DNA of 64,000 nucleotides from Cirrosporium novae-zelandiae (lineage: Eukaryota): contig JAPETS010000017.1 in the NCBI GenBank assembly GCA_026023565.1, positions 1-64,000 on the forward strand. Direction: 5' to 3'. Below are positions 37,406 to 49,933 of this stretch, piece after piece (the stretch's first letter is position 1; every line of letters begins with the position of its first letter). The notes under the pieces are model-generated. The model did no database searches. It worked only from the letters and a program-made list of their open reading frames with translations, and had not been told where the DNA came from. Made by a program: the position numbers and the translations under genes.

Positions 37406-37647
37406 ATATGATATGATTATTTTTTTTATTGTTATCCCCTCCTCCCCTAAAGAACCAAAAATTCTCGAAAGATGATTTTTTAAAACGGGGTTTTTGGCTT
37501 TGGCTTGCTTCTACTTCTATCACTTCCATTACCGTTCTGTCCTACCATCCTATCTTACTATCAATCTTATTTCATTTAAACTCCTCCAGAAAAAATATTA
37601 TCGATATAGAGAGGAAATCAAGACTCAACTCGAATCCTTTGTGTTCA

Positions 37648-38151
37648 AGCTTTCCGTGTAGGGGAGGGGGGGGACAGGACGGGGACGGGACGGGGACATA
37701 TACTATCAAAAACATTTATCTCCTCTCCTCTCCTTTTTTGTTTGATCTTTGGTCAAAAAATCAAAACTAAATAATTAATTTATATATTTACACTACCTTC
37801 TGTGATAATACAGCATTATTACTGTAACCTCCTTCGAGATCTCTGCTACTATACCTATAACTAATGTATATTTGTTTTATGCTCCCCCCCCCCTCTAAGA
37901 ACCTAGAATGGAAAGGAAAGATAGTTATCACGTATGGAAGAATGGAATATAGGATGAGAAATCAAGGCCTAAGATTTAATATGAACCCCTTTTGTATCGT
38001 CCAATTTTTATCCAAATCCAAGCCCTCGCCACCTTTTGAAAAACTATTTGAACATTTGAACAAGGGACAAGGGAAACTTTTCGTGTAGGGGACGCGAGAC
38101 GGAACATAGATTATCAAAGACATTTTATCTCCTCTCTCCTCCTTTTTTGTT
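37648..38151. repeat. Diverged direct repeat (37648-37742 and 38074-38151)
   Basis: CTTTCCGTGTAGGGGA...ACATATACTATCAAAAACATTTATCTCCTCTC..CCTTTTTTGTT versus CTTTTCGTGTAGGGGA...ACATAGATTATCAAAGACATTTTATCTCCTCTC..CCTTTTTTGTT. Confidence 0.75.
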
Positions 38152-40190
38152 CGGTTGGTTAGGTCTTTTTTTTCGGTTCAAGAAGTTTGTGAAAGTAAAT
38201 TTAAATAATTTTATAAATTTTATATTTTTTGTTGGTATATACCCATGAATTTTTTTCTTTTTCTTTCCTCCCTCTGGCACTAATGTATATCTACTCAACT
38301 CCCTGTTATATTGCTACTCCCTTTTTATAGGAGCAGGAGCAGAGGCAACAGTAGCCGTAGCAGCCTCCAATCACTTCCACTGCCACTGCTACGGCTCAGC
38401 CCCAGCCCACCTCTCCAACAACCAACAGCCAACAAGCAGTCCAAATATAAATTTTTTAGTTCTTTTCCATTAACTACACATTCATATTCAAAGCAACAAC
38501 AGCAGTAGCAACAACAACGATGACAGGAACAACGATCCCCCCCCTCCCCCCCTTCCCCCTTAACAACTTACGCACTACTAGAATACTTAGAATTGGGAAG
38601 AAGGAGATGACTGATGGGTTTCTTTCTAACGAGGAGGAGAGAAGGGGGAAAGAGGGGAAAGGGAAAGGGCGTGTTAGAGTTATGTGTATGTGTTTTTAGG
38701 TGAGGTGAGATAATGCAAATTGAAACTGATTTTTTGTTCATAAGCAGGCAGATGTTGATAGTAAGTAACTTCATGATGAAGAGGAGGAGGGGGGGTAGGG
38801 GGAAGATGCAACGATAATCGCCGAAGTACTTAGGAGCTCGAAGGAATCCCCCCCCTAAACTTAGTAGCCACGCCTGGGGGAGGGGGGAGGGGGGGGGTTG
38901 GTCTGTGATAAGGCTGCGGACCATATAATACAAATACTTCATTTCTAGCATGGCCATAAGAATTATTGCGCCTATATGATAAAGTTCAGCTTTGAAAGGG
39001 AGAAAGGGAGTGGGTGAGTGAGTTTTGAGTTTTAAAAAACATATTAGTTTTTTTTTTTTTTTTTTTGAGGAAGCAGGGGGGTCTATAAAGTGGAATATCC
39101 CCAGTCGATCTGATTAGCTCGTTTTTATATTTTGTATGAATATATAATAACACGCCTGATATGGATTTTAGACTTAGACTATGGGCTATGGGGATGGGAT
39201 GGTTTATATATATATATATACATCCATCTATATTAATTTCTTAAATGAAAATGCTGTAGTAGTCCACGTCATTTCATTTATGTCTTGAATTGGGGGGTGG
39301 AGGCTTATAATGAATGAATAAATGGAATAAAATGGAGTCAGGGATGGGGGGGGGGGATAGAGGTTGAAGCATTTTGACCTGGCTCTTAACTCCTAGCTAG
39401 TTGGCTGGTGATGTATGTGTGTAGGTAGAAGGATAGGGAGGTACCTGATATAGATATGCTATTTATTGATACTTGGCTTTAACGGCAATCGCATGTTGCT
39501 TTACTCTGCTCTGCCTGTAGGGAGGGGGTTGGGGAGTTGATACGCCTTACCCTTACCTCTGCCTGTAGCGGTTACCGAATTCTGGGTTTTGTGGCTGTGG
39601 TACAATGGGTTGGGAGTGGGAGTGGGAGTGAGAGTGGGTTCTGGTATTTGTTGTTGTTAATGCTCTTGATATTGGGTTTGAGATTGCAGTTTTGGGAGTT
39701 TTGTTTATGGTTATTTATTCTCACCTAGCTTATATAGCTCTACCGGCTTCCTCCCCAAACGTCCCTCACCGCACAGCCACGCCACGCCAATCCCATCTCA
39801 TTCCAACCCTCTCCTTCTTTCCTAACAAACGTAAATGTCTTTCTTTGACCTGTGCTTAGCCTCGACTCTTTCTAAGGGCACCGTTCTCAACCCTAGTGGC
39901 AAGTGGATCAACGATATGGTGGCTCGAGAGGGGGGGGTTAAAGATTTTAATGGGGTTTGGGTGGGTTTAAAGGATGGATGGGTGGATTGGTGGATTGGGA
40001 AATGAAGATGGGAGATGGAAGATGGGATTGGTAGTGACGGTGGTGGTGGTGGATGGTGCGTTATATGGTGTTCTCGAGTGGCCCACGATACTGTACTGTA
40101 CATCAATATTGCCAAACGACTGTCCTCTAAAGACCCAACATCAGTCTGATGCCCTGTGACCTTCCTTACCATAGACCAAGCAAAACGGGG

Positions 40191-40339
40191 GCGCTCTTGT
40201 AATAGAAAGATGGATGGATGGGTTACCCTAAGGACCAAAGAGTTCGTCTCTCCCAACCTCATAATGCCCACCTACTTTCCTCCGCAATAACCAGGTTACC
40301 CAATCCGCTGCTCAGATCCCGTTAATATCCTTATACCTA
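40191..40339 (-). pseudogene. Duplicated fragment of the ATG11 3' end and 3' flank
   Basis: Aligns to 20094-20254 in the same orientation, with the shared core CCTAAGGACCAAAGAGTTCGTCTCTCC, plus substitutions and small indels. Confidence 0.9.
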
Positions 40340-41981
40340 GACCTCCTACTTAAACCCTCCATCCGGATGCTATCTCATACAAAAATGCTCCCAGGCTTTC
40401 TGATGCCGAGCAGTGCAGCGCAGCGCCTCGTTATCATTAAACCCCAAGTAAAGATTTTCGTTGCCGTCGTTATGATGGCATCTCTATGATCCCTATTCCA
40501 GCCTATTCGTCAGAGCTTTGTGTAACCGTGAATTTTGCTTTGAATGGCTTAAGAATGTTGCCTTGCCAATGAGGTGTAGTATGTACGTAGACATTGTTAC
40601 GTGCATACATTAGCCGCTGGAACACCTCATCAACTCCACCTCCACGACCCGTACGCTTCACTATAATAAGTGATTTAGGGTTTCCCTGGTCGTCGGCAAT
40701 CTAGTATTTCGTGTTGCGGTCGATAGGTATATGTATGTGCAGCTAACTATCTACCTGTAGGACGTTGTTTGCATAGCATGACAAGAAATTAGTCACTGTT
40801 TGCCTGTAGACAGTTTTTAGGCTATTGGAATGAGCTGTGATTGCTGCTAGGACTAGAAAAGGCAATGAATGAATGGATAGCAACGTTAAAAAGAGACTCC
40901 AGGAACAATCTTCCGAATAACATCTCGAGAGGCTTACCATCTCTCTCTCTCCTGAGAGTCTTTGAATAGGATATCAAGGATTAGGTTAATAGATCTTGGC
41001 TTGGCGATCAAGTGTGTTTATTCTTTTCATCTTCTAGACCTCTTCCTGACCTGTGTCATGTCCTTATCCTCCTCGACCCGCGGAGCAGCTCTGATACCAG
41101 CTTCCACACCGATAATTATTGCGGGGCCATAATTCCATGCAGATTCCTAGAAGAGAGATGGTCCGCTGTTCTTATCGTTATCCATGGAAGAAGAAAAATA
41201 CCAGGTCCTGTCACAGCAGCTTAGATATCGAAAGAAAAAAACAAGCCAACGAAATGGTACAGTACCTACTAGCTGGAAATACCAACCCGCGACACCACCC
41301 CTCAAAGAGAGACATGGATTCAGGAACTAGAAAGAGTCCGATTGCAAGCGCCCTTTGATGCATTCATGCAGGGTTTACGATTCTGATTGCTTGACTTGCA
41401 TCCGAGTAGTGGACCAGTTGGAGGATATTCGTCGTCAACCACCCGTGGTTACATTAGTCTCCGTTTATCTAAAGCTCCCTAGAGTATTCATCTGCACTCT
41501 ATTGCAATTTCCCACGCTTAACAGTAAATAAAAAAAATGCATATGAAACTAGAAACCGAGCTTCCTGATATAAGAATTATTGATCATGTCTTCTCCGAAA
41601 ACAGTGTCAGAAATATACCCTTACCCATCTCTTGTCAGAAACAAAGCGATTGATTTATTGATTCGGCGAAATATATCCCGAACATATAAAAGCAATTCCC
41701 CCGTGTTTCAAAGGAAAAGGTCCTTCTCTCTCCGCATTTGGGGTTACTTACCCCGGGATTGTTCTCCAATGATTTATATCTCTTTTTTGTTTGTTTTGGA
41801 GACGGAGGAATTCTTATGAAATGTCTGGAATGGGAGTGGAATGAGAGTGGGGGTGGTTTCTGGCTATATGTTTTCGCTAGGTCTATCTAGATTATGAAAA
41901 GAAAGGAAAAATGGCATAACAGTCATTTCCTGGTTTCGCTGTGTTGTCTCATATCATCTATCTATCTTGAACGAAATCGCC

Positions 41982-43721
41982 ATGCCGGCTTTTTTCTACA
42001 CGTTGTCTTCTTTCCTACTTTTATTATGTCTTGTCACCCGCGTACTGACATATCCCGTCTCCTCTAACTCCGCCTACGCCAACCCTATCATCTCCCTCCC
42101 GTACATCACCCTCCAGGGTGCCTATTCCTCCACCTACAACCTCACCTATTTCCGCAAAATACCCTTCGCGGCGCCGCCTACAGGACCAAAGAACCGATTT
42201 CGGGCACCCCAGCCCCCACTCCCTGTGACCAATGGCACATATGACACCGATCAGGATTTCGACATGTGCGCTCAGCGCACTGTGAACGGGAGCGAGGACT
42301 GTCTTTACCTAGGTCTGTACTCGCGACCATGGGACATGTCTAGCACGCAGAATGAAACGAAGAGACCTGTGCTCGTGGCCTTCTACGGTGGCGCATTCAT
42401 CCAAGGGAGCGCAAGCTTCACGATGCCACCACCCGCTTTCCCGATCCTGAATGTGAGCGCGAGTAACGATTTTGTCGTCGTGTATCCAAACTACCGCGTC
42501 AACGCATTTGGATTCTTGCCGGGGAAACGGGTGCTAGAACACGAAAATGCTGATCCGAATATGGGATTGTTGGATCAGCAGGCGGCGTTGGAGTGGGTGC
42601 GAAAGCATATTGGGGCGTTTGGTGGGGACGCCGAGAATGTTACCATCTGGGGACAGAGTGCTGGGGCTGGGAGTGTGGTTGCGCAGGTGATTGCAAATGG
42701 TGGTGAGACAAGCCCAAGGCTATTTAAGAAGGCGTTGGCGAGTTCAGCATTTTGGCCCAAGACTTATCGGGTTGATGCACCTGAATCGGAGGAGATCTAC
42801 GATCAAATGGTGGAGCTGACGGGGTGTGGGAATCAGACAGATACGTTGGGGTGTTTGAAGAGAGTGGATGTACAGACCATTAGAGATGCCAGTTTGGTGG
42901 TTGATGCGGACAATACATATACGACAAGCTCCTATACTTGGGCACCGGTTGTTGATGGCGTTTTTCTAAAGGAAAAGCTTACAGAGGCAGCGTTGACGGG
43001 GAAGGTCAATGCGGAGATGATCTGGGGAATGTATAATACGCATGAGGGGGAGAATTTTGTGCCATCTGGGCTCAATAAATCGACAACTTCAAAGGGGTTC
43101 AACTCAAGTGAGGAGAGCTTTGACAAATGGTTGAGAGGCTTCTTACCAAAGTTTGGAGATGAAATGATTGAGGGGGTTAAAGAATTGTATCCGAAGAACG
43201 GTAGTTCTGAGATGATTGACAGTTACGACAACTCATATGTCAGAGCAGGACTCATATATAGGGATTTGGTACTGGCATGTCCAGGCTACTGGATTGCAAA
43301 AGCTGGAAACAAAGGATATGTGGGAGAGTATTCCATCAGTCCTGCGAGACATGGGAGTGATACCATTTACGTATGTCATAATTTTTCTATTATTTTCCCC
43401 CATTTGGCACATATGTGCGTGTGTGTGTGTGTGTGTGTATATAACACTAACTCCCTCTTTCAACAGTGGAATAGAATCAATGCAGTCCAACAAACAAACC
43501 CATTGATATATAAAGGTTATGCGGGGGCTTTTGCAAGTTTCTTCGAGACAGGAGATCCAAACGCTCATAAGCTGACAAATAGTTCCGAGGCTGGTGTACC
43601 AGAGATTGACTCGGGAAAGGAATTTGTGATTACAGCAGACGGGTTCAAGCAAGTGGAGATGTCGATGCTGAAGGAGCGATGCGCGTTTTGGGAAGAATGG
43701 AGAGATTGGATACCTGTGTAG
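41982..43721 (+). CDS. Secreted carboxylesterase/lipase, type B (alpha/beta hydrolase); intron 43371-43466
   Basis: Hydrophobic signal peptide, IPFAAPP, SEDCLYL, YGGAF oxyanion loop, NYRVNAFGFL, nucleophile motif WGQSAG, EG and ARHGSD. Confidence 0.93.
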   Translation: MPAFFYTLSSFLLLLCLVTRVLTYPVSSNSAYANPIISLPYITLQGAYSSTYNLTYFRKIPFAAPPTGPKNRFRAPQPPLPVTNGTYDTDQDFDMCAQRTVNGSEDCLYLGLYSRPWDMSSTQNETKRPVLVAFYGGAFIQGSASFTMPPPAFPILNVSASNDFVVVYPNYRVNAFGFLPGKRVLEHENADPNMGLLDQQAALEWVRKHIGAFGGDAENVTIWGQSAGAGSVVAQVIANGGETSPRLFKKALASSAFWPKTYRVDAPESEEIYDQMVELTGCGNQTDTLGCLKRVDVQTIRDASLVVDADNTYTTSSYTWAPVVDGVFLKEKLTEAALTGKVNAEMIWGMYNTHEGENFVPSGLNKSTTSKGFNSSEESFDKWLRGFLPKFGDEMIEGVKELYPKNGSSEMIDSYDNSYVRAGLIYRDLVLACPGYWIAKAGNKGYVGEYSISPARHGSDTIYVCHNFSIIFPHLAHMCVCVCVCVYNTNSLFQQWNRINAVQQTNPLIYKGYAGAFASFFETGDPNAHKLTNSSEAGVPEIDSGKEFVITADGFKQVEMSMLKERCAFWEEWRDWIPV

Positions 43722-44195
43722 AAGGGTGGATTAATTTATTAAGAACAGAGTGCTATGGACCATGTCATGACTAAAAAAGTATCAGTGAAAAAGTGGCAAG
43801 AATCGTATAAAGTCGTATGAAGTCGTAAAGAATGGTCCAAGTGGTAAAACATGCTCACTGTCCTGATCTCCCCACAGCTGATTCCCATGTACCGTTCAGC
43901 TTCCGGACTCTGACGTTCCACAGAATAATGCAACTGTGCTTCAAGGTTATTTTTTGAGCATCGTACTCGTTCAGCAATGGGATTTAATTTGCATAAAGGG
44001 ATATGGTAGTTATTGTTTCAATCCTTCAACGTCGTAATTACTGGTTAACTAATATTGTTTAGTGGACCCATCATCATTTGGCCAAGAGAAACTTGCTCGA
44101 ACGCCTCTCTGTCTCCGTCTTCCCCTTATCCATCCCCCTGATCACCCGTTGATGGGCACAGGCTACACACGGACACACACCAAACATAGATACAA

Positions 44196-44222
44196 GATAC
44201 AGATACAGACACAGGTACAGGT

Positions 44223-44295
<73 letters not shown>
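44196..44295. repeat. Hexanucleotide microsatellite (GCACAG)11 with variant lead-in units
   Basis: ATACAG/ACACAG/GTACAG units precede 11 perfect GCACAG units (44227-44292). Confidence 0.95.
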
Positions 44296-44879
44296 TAGCA
44301 TAGCAATCTTCAACCCGTCATTGCCATATTATCCACCTGCCTATCATCACTACCATATACCCCTGCTTGGGTCTGGACAGAAATACAAGCAAATCAATTT
44401 TTTATCAAATCCATCTTAGTTCTCCTCTTCGGGCACTGTCATTTGACAGCCCATCCATGGATGATGATAATGATGATAATACTTGCTCGTTTCTGGAATT
44501 TCCTCGACACCTTTGACTATCATGTCGACCGTATCAATATATCAATATCGGATATGTCCAAGATGGGAAGCCTGCGCTGATACCTCTGCTGCCTGATAGT
44601 ATTGATAAATGTCCACCTGCTCTCCTTTCTTTGCTGATTTTCAGGTCCAGTGCCCACCCTCTTTTGTTGCTGCTACTCACCTTCTTTAGAGTAGGAGATT
44701 GTGACGCACATTTTCTTGGGTTCACCCATCATCACCGACACTCTTTTAGTTTGGTGTATTATCCTTTATGACATTGATTTACGGCTATTACTAGCTAATA
44801 TTCTGTCCTTTACCCTTTATTGTTATTGAGTTATTGACATTTGCAATCAAAAAAGGTCACTCTTTGAGCAGCCAGCACA

Positions 44880-47240
44880 ATGGGGCCCCCAAGACCCCGT
44901 ACCCTTTTGGCCTCGGTCATATTGGCCATATTTGTATTTATCTATGGAATTAACATATCTCACAAGCCATCAACCGAATATACCTTTGAAACCGCCCATT
45001 TTGACGAGGAGCAACTTGTCAAGAAGGCGACAACCGGAGACAAGTATTTGATAGGAGTGGGAAAAGCTGACATTACCGGGTAAGAGATTTTTGAATCTGG
45101 AGAGATAGCGAGCCAAAAGCTAATCTTGGGTCACAGGCCGGTAGTTGAGATCAACCTTGGCGGGTACGCATCCCTCGATCAGGTTGGGACCGGTTTACGC
45201 CAGCGACTATATGCCCGAGCTTTCATTTTTGGTGAAGTCGACAACAGCACCAATCGAGCTATATATCTTGTCATTGATACACAATCGGGAGATACGGCCG
45301 TAAGATATGGAATATTGAATGCTCTAGCAGACCTAGGAGATGATTACTCCATGTACGGCCAACAAAATGTTGCCGTCTGCGGTACTCATCAGCATTCTGG
45401 TCCTGGAGCTTGGTTTAATTACCTGCTCCCACAAATTACAAGCTTGGGATTCTCCACCGAGAGCTACCAGGCAATTGTGGATGGATCCATAAGTGCTATC
45501 CAAAAGGCGCATGAAAGCCTTGCTCCAGGCTATCTCACTGTTGGCACAACAAATATCACTGGCGCTAATATCAACCGAAGCCTTTACTCGTATCTCCACA
45601 ACCCAGAAGAAGAACGAGATTACTATGGAGAAGAGGTGGACAAGACGCTGACAATGATGCGTCTCCAGCGTGCATCGGATTCAAAATATATTGGTGTTCT
45701 TACTTGGTTTGCAGTCCACGGGACTTCTATGCTGGAAAACAACACATTAATCACCGGAGACAACAAGGGAGTTGCTTCTTATCTCTTTGAAAAGAGTGTG
45801 GCGAATGAAACAGATGCAGCCGATGGCTTTGTGGCAGGTTTCTCTCAAGCAAACGTGTAAGTAACATTTGGCCCACCTTTTCTCACGACCACACACTCAT
45901 AGGGACTCAACAGCGGCGACACTACCCCTAACGTCGAAGGCGCATATTGTGAAGATGCAGCGCACATGGGACAGAAATGTTCATTCGAAAACAGCACATG
46001 CGGTGGATACAGCGAATCATGTCATGGTCGCGGTCCATACTGGCGTAATAACCCCGTGGACTCCGGGGCCGCCTCGTGCTACGAAATTGGCCGTCTCCAG
46101 TATGCCGGCGCCAAGGAGCTGTATTCGTCGCTCGACTCCACCGGAACCGCCATCACCGGCACCTCAGTTCGTTTCTTCCACCACTTCCAAAACATGACGA
46201 ACTACAAATTCAATTTAGACAATGGTACCGAAGTCAGGACGTGTGCCGCCGCTCTCGGCTACTCCTTTGCCGCAGGTACAACTGATGGCCCCGGAGAATT
46301 CGACTTCACCCAAGCAGACTCGGGCTCAGCCGATGCAAATCCGCTTTGGGCCGTCGTCTCGGACCTCCTCAAAACACCCACGGCTGACCAAGTCGCCTGC
46401 CAGGGGGTCAAACCCATCCTCCTCGACGTGGGCCAGATGACAGATCCCTACGACTGGGCGCCCAACATTGTGGACATGCAAATCCTCCGAATCGGGCAAT
46501 TCTTCGTCGTCGTCTCGCCAGGCGAAGCCACCACAATGGCTGGCCGCCGCTGGCGCAAAGCCATCAAAGAAAAAGCTGTCAACGACTCTATCACCACTGA
46601 AGAACCCATCGTAGTCCTCGGCGCCCCTGCAAACACCTATTCGCACTACCTCACCACACCCGAGGAATATGTCGTTCAACGCTATGAAGGTGCTTCCACC
46701 CTCTATGGCAAGTGGACCCTCCCTGCCTACATCAACCTCACCACAACATACATGAGCTACTTAGCAGATTCCTCAACCACCCAACCCACCGAAGGTGAAT
46801 ATCCGCAAGACAACTCGGACAATTCCCTCTGTTTCATCACGAGCGTCGTCTACGACACCGCCGTAAGCGGCTACTCTTTTGGCGACGTCATGAAGGACGC
46901 CTCCTCTTCTTATACCCTGGGCTCCACCGTCAACGTCTCCTTCGTCGGCGCAAACCCCCGCAACAACCTCCGCCTCGACGAGACCTTTGCCGCCGTCGAG
47001 ACAAAACTCTCCAACGGTACCTGGTCCCAGGTTCGCAACGATGATGACTGGAGCCTGGTGTATACGTGGAAGAGGCTCAGTACCATTTTAGGCACCAGTC
47101 GGGTCAATTTGATCTGGTATACCGATGGCGAAGTGGGGAGTACGTATCGTTTGAGGTACTATGGAGATCGGAAGAATATTTTGGGGTCGATTAAAGCGTT
47201 TGAGGGGGTGAGTAGCGAGTTTGAGTTGACGGCGGCGTAA
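44880..47240 (+). CDS. Neutral/alkaline ceramidase (introns 45080-45136, 45857-45913)
   Basis: YLIGVGKADITGP, GLRQRLYARAFI, GTHQHSGPG, WFAVHGTS, GDTTPN, GYSFAAGTTDGPG, YEGASTLYG, plus an N-terminal signal/anchor. Confidence 0.96.
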
Positions 47241-48220
47241 GTGTGGGTATGTGGGTGTAGATAGGATTGGATTGGATTGAATGGGATGGGATGGGATAAA
47301 TCGGGGTTAGGAAAATAAAATAAACAACATGAGATCGTTATATCAAAGAGTGAGAGAAAGAGAAAAAACGAAAAGGAGGGAGCGAGGTAGCTAGCTAGTA
47401 TGAAATATATATATTATATATATAGTTACACAACCATACCCATACAACAATACATGAACCCCCCTTCCCCCCCGTTTCTTCCACCCCCATGATCCCCCAC
47501 ATCTATCCCACAAACCAAACACCCTCTTTGAATATTGGATAACCTTCTGTTAGCTACTCGGTTGCTTTTGAGGTTGTACGTATATATATATTTAGGATTT
47601 TCGTTTTTTTTGGGGGGGGTTTCTATAAATGTAAAAATGTATAGGATAGGATGTGTTGTTTATCGCCAGAGCATGACCATACCATGCTATGCTATATATA
47701 TATAACAAAATAAACAATGGGGAAATACATGCATGGTGGGGTATGGTATGGTATGGTATGGTATATATATATAATAGATGGTATAATATATCCAAACGAT
47801 TATTCCTAATCAATATCTTCAACTAACTAATAGCTCCGATCTAATATATCCAACCCAACATATCTAACACAAACCAAATTAACTAGCCATATATAACCAA
47901 TCCACCCCCCTCCGCTTTTCATTTTCATTTTTTTTTTTCCTACTACCATCATCTTACCTAATTATCGTTATCTAGATAAATCACGAAACCATAAACCATG
48001 AACCGTGAGGAAAGAAAAGAGGGAAATTGTATGGTATAGATTATAGATAGATAGATAGGATGATATGATATGATATATCCAACCGACATTTCCAACATAT
48101 CCGATCCAACATCTTCAACCAAACTAGTTCATATAAAATCTCCCTTTCTATTTTCCACCTCTTACTTTTCACTTTCCATCCCCCCCCCCCCTCTCTCTCT
48201 CTCACCACCCCACCATCATT

Positions 48221-49933
48221 TCACCCAATTTTCGCTTTCTCCTCGATCACATCCCCCGCCCCCGCCACTGTGGTGATTTCACCTTCTTCCATTTCTTTTT
48301 CCTTCTCTTCTGGGGTGGTAGTAGTTGGAGATTCATTTTCAATGCAAGAGTTGGTAAGGTGATGATGATGTGGAACTGCTTTTTCGATATCGGGATCTTG
48401 GTCGTTATTGTTGCTGGTGTTGATACTGATGTTGAGGTTGGTGTCCACGTCCACATCCACGTCATCATCAGTATTAGCATTAGCATTACCATCTCTCCTC
48501 CTCCGAATATTCCACCCGCCCCTCCACCCCACCCACCTCGTCTCCGTCTCCCACGGTCCCCTAACAGCCGCAAGCAGCAACCCGGCACCCAAAAACCCAA
48601 TACTCACACTCCCACTATTAACCCACCCACCCCGCGCATAGACATGATTCCCCACCGCAGTCCCGACCAGCTGTCCCGCAAACACACAAACCATAAACGC
48701 CGTATTCGCTCTATTCTGCGATGAATGCAGCTGGGGGATGCTATAGAGGGAAGAGCGATTCGCGATCTGCGTGGCCTGGATACCCAGATCGAGGAGAAAG
48801 GCTTGCAGGATGGGTCCTGCAACGGTGTGTTTGCCCGCGAAGGTGCCGATGAGGACTCCGGCGAGGGTGATGAAGAGGCCGCAGATTACGGAGAAGAGAG
48901 GGACGAAGTTGTCGATTACCAGGCGTGCGCAGAGAGGGGAGGTGAAGAGGGCACCGATGCCGATGAGGGCGAAGAGGCCGATTATTACGGAGGAGTAGTT
49001 GTAGGGCGGGGAGGAGAGGAGGGCAGTTAGGGTCGTCCAGAAGTTGGTGAAGGTTGTTGAGGTGCAGAGGCTGATGAGGCAGGCTTGCACGAGGAGGGGG
49101 TACTTGTAGAACATTTGAATAATTGTCCAGAGGGCGTGCAGGTAGTTGAGGTCGGGGTTTTTGGAGGGGTAGTCCGGGAGGAAAAGGTAGAGGAGGATAC
49201 AGATGAGGTATTGGAGGCCTAGGGCTAGCCAGTAGATGTTGCGCCAGTTTGTGTACTGTGTGACGATGCCGGAGAGGATGCGGGCGATTAGTAGTCCGAG
49301 CATTAGGCCCGCCATGACGATGGAGATGGCGGAGGCGCGTCGGTGCGGCGGGGCTAGGGCTCCTGCCAGAGGCACCATCAGCTGTGGGGTTACGGTCGTG
49401 GCGGCGCAGATGAAGCTGAGGGCCGTGAAGACGGAGAAGCTGCTTGTGGCGCAGAGCCCAATCCATACCGTCGCGCAGATGAAGATCAGTGCCAGGACCA
49501 TGAATCTGATCCGGAAGAGATCTCCTAGCGGGCAGATGAAGAGGAGACCCGCCGCATATCCTCCCTGCATCACCGTGGGTATGACTGAAGCCTGCTCGTA
49601 CGATACATGGAAATCTTCTGCCAGGATGTTCAAAATGGGGTGGTTGTAGTATAGGTTGGCCACCGTGAAGGTACCAGCAAATCCAAAGAGGAGATTCAAT
49701 CCCATTGAGAATTCATGGGGTCGTGCAGGGTCGTATCGACATCGTGGGGGCATCCACGTTAGGATGTTGAACAGTCGTTGCCATGTTGACCGCAGCGGAG
49801 AGGATGTTGCGTCTGTCTTGGAGGAAATCGACGTCTGTGATGATGGAAATTCGGGATCAGGCTGTCCATCATGCTTCAAGGATCCTGCTGCTGCATCTGC
49901 ATCTGCATCTGCTGTTGTGGTAGTGGTGGCCAT
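48221..49933 (-). CDS. Major facilitator superfamily transporter
   Basis: About 12 hydrophobic segments, with the motifs ANLYYNHPIL, QGGYAAGLLFICPLGDL, and GLLIARILSG. Confidence 0.92.
   Translation of the reverse strand: MATTTTTADADADAAAGSLKHDGQPDPEFPSSQTSISSKTDATSSPLRSTWQRLFNILTWMPPRCRYDPARPHEFSMGLNLLFGFAGTFTVANLYYNHPILNILAEDFHVSYEQASVIPTVMQGGYAAGLLFICPLGDLFRIRFMVLALIFICATVWIGLCATSSFSVFTALSFICAATTVTPQLMVPLAGALAPPHRRASAISIVMAGLMLGLLIARILSGIVTQYTNWRNIYWLALGLQYLICILLYLFLPDYPSKNPDLNYLHALWTIIQMFYKYPLLVQACLISLCTSTTFTNFWTTLTALLSSPPYNYSSVIIGLFALIGIGALFTSPLCARLVIDNFVPLFSVICGLFITLAGVLIGTFAGKHTVAGPILQAFLLDLGIQATQIANRSSLYSIPQLHSSQNRANTAFMVCVFAGQLVGTAVGNHVYARGGWVNSGSVSIGFLGAGLLLAAVRGPWETETRWVGWRGGWNIRRRRDGNANANTDDDVDVDVDTNLNISINTSNNNDQDPDIEKAVPHHHHLTNSCIENESPTTTTPEEKEKEMEEGEITTVAGAGDVIEEKAKIG

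Noticed and set aside
40996..41029. U2 snRNA-like words (TTGGCTT..GATCAAGTGT..TTCTTTTCA)
   Set aside because: The branch-pairing GTAGTA is missing and there is no Sm site or downstream U2 structure.
44062..44313. QA- and CL-repeat ORFs
   Set aside because: They are translations of the GCACAG microsatellite.
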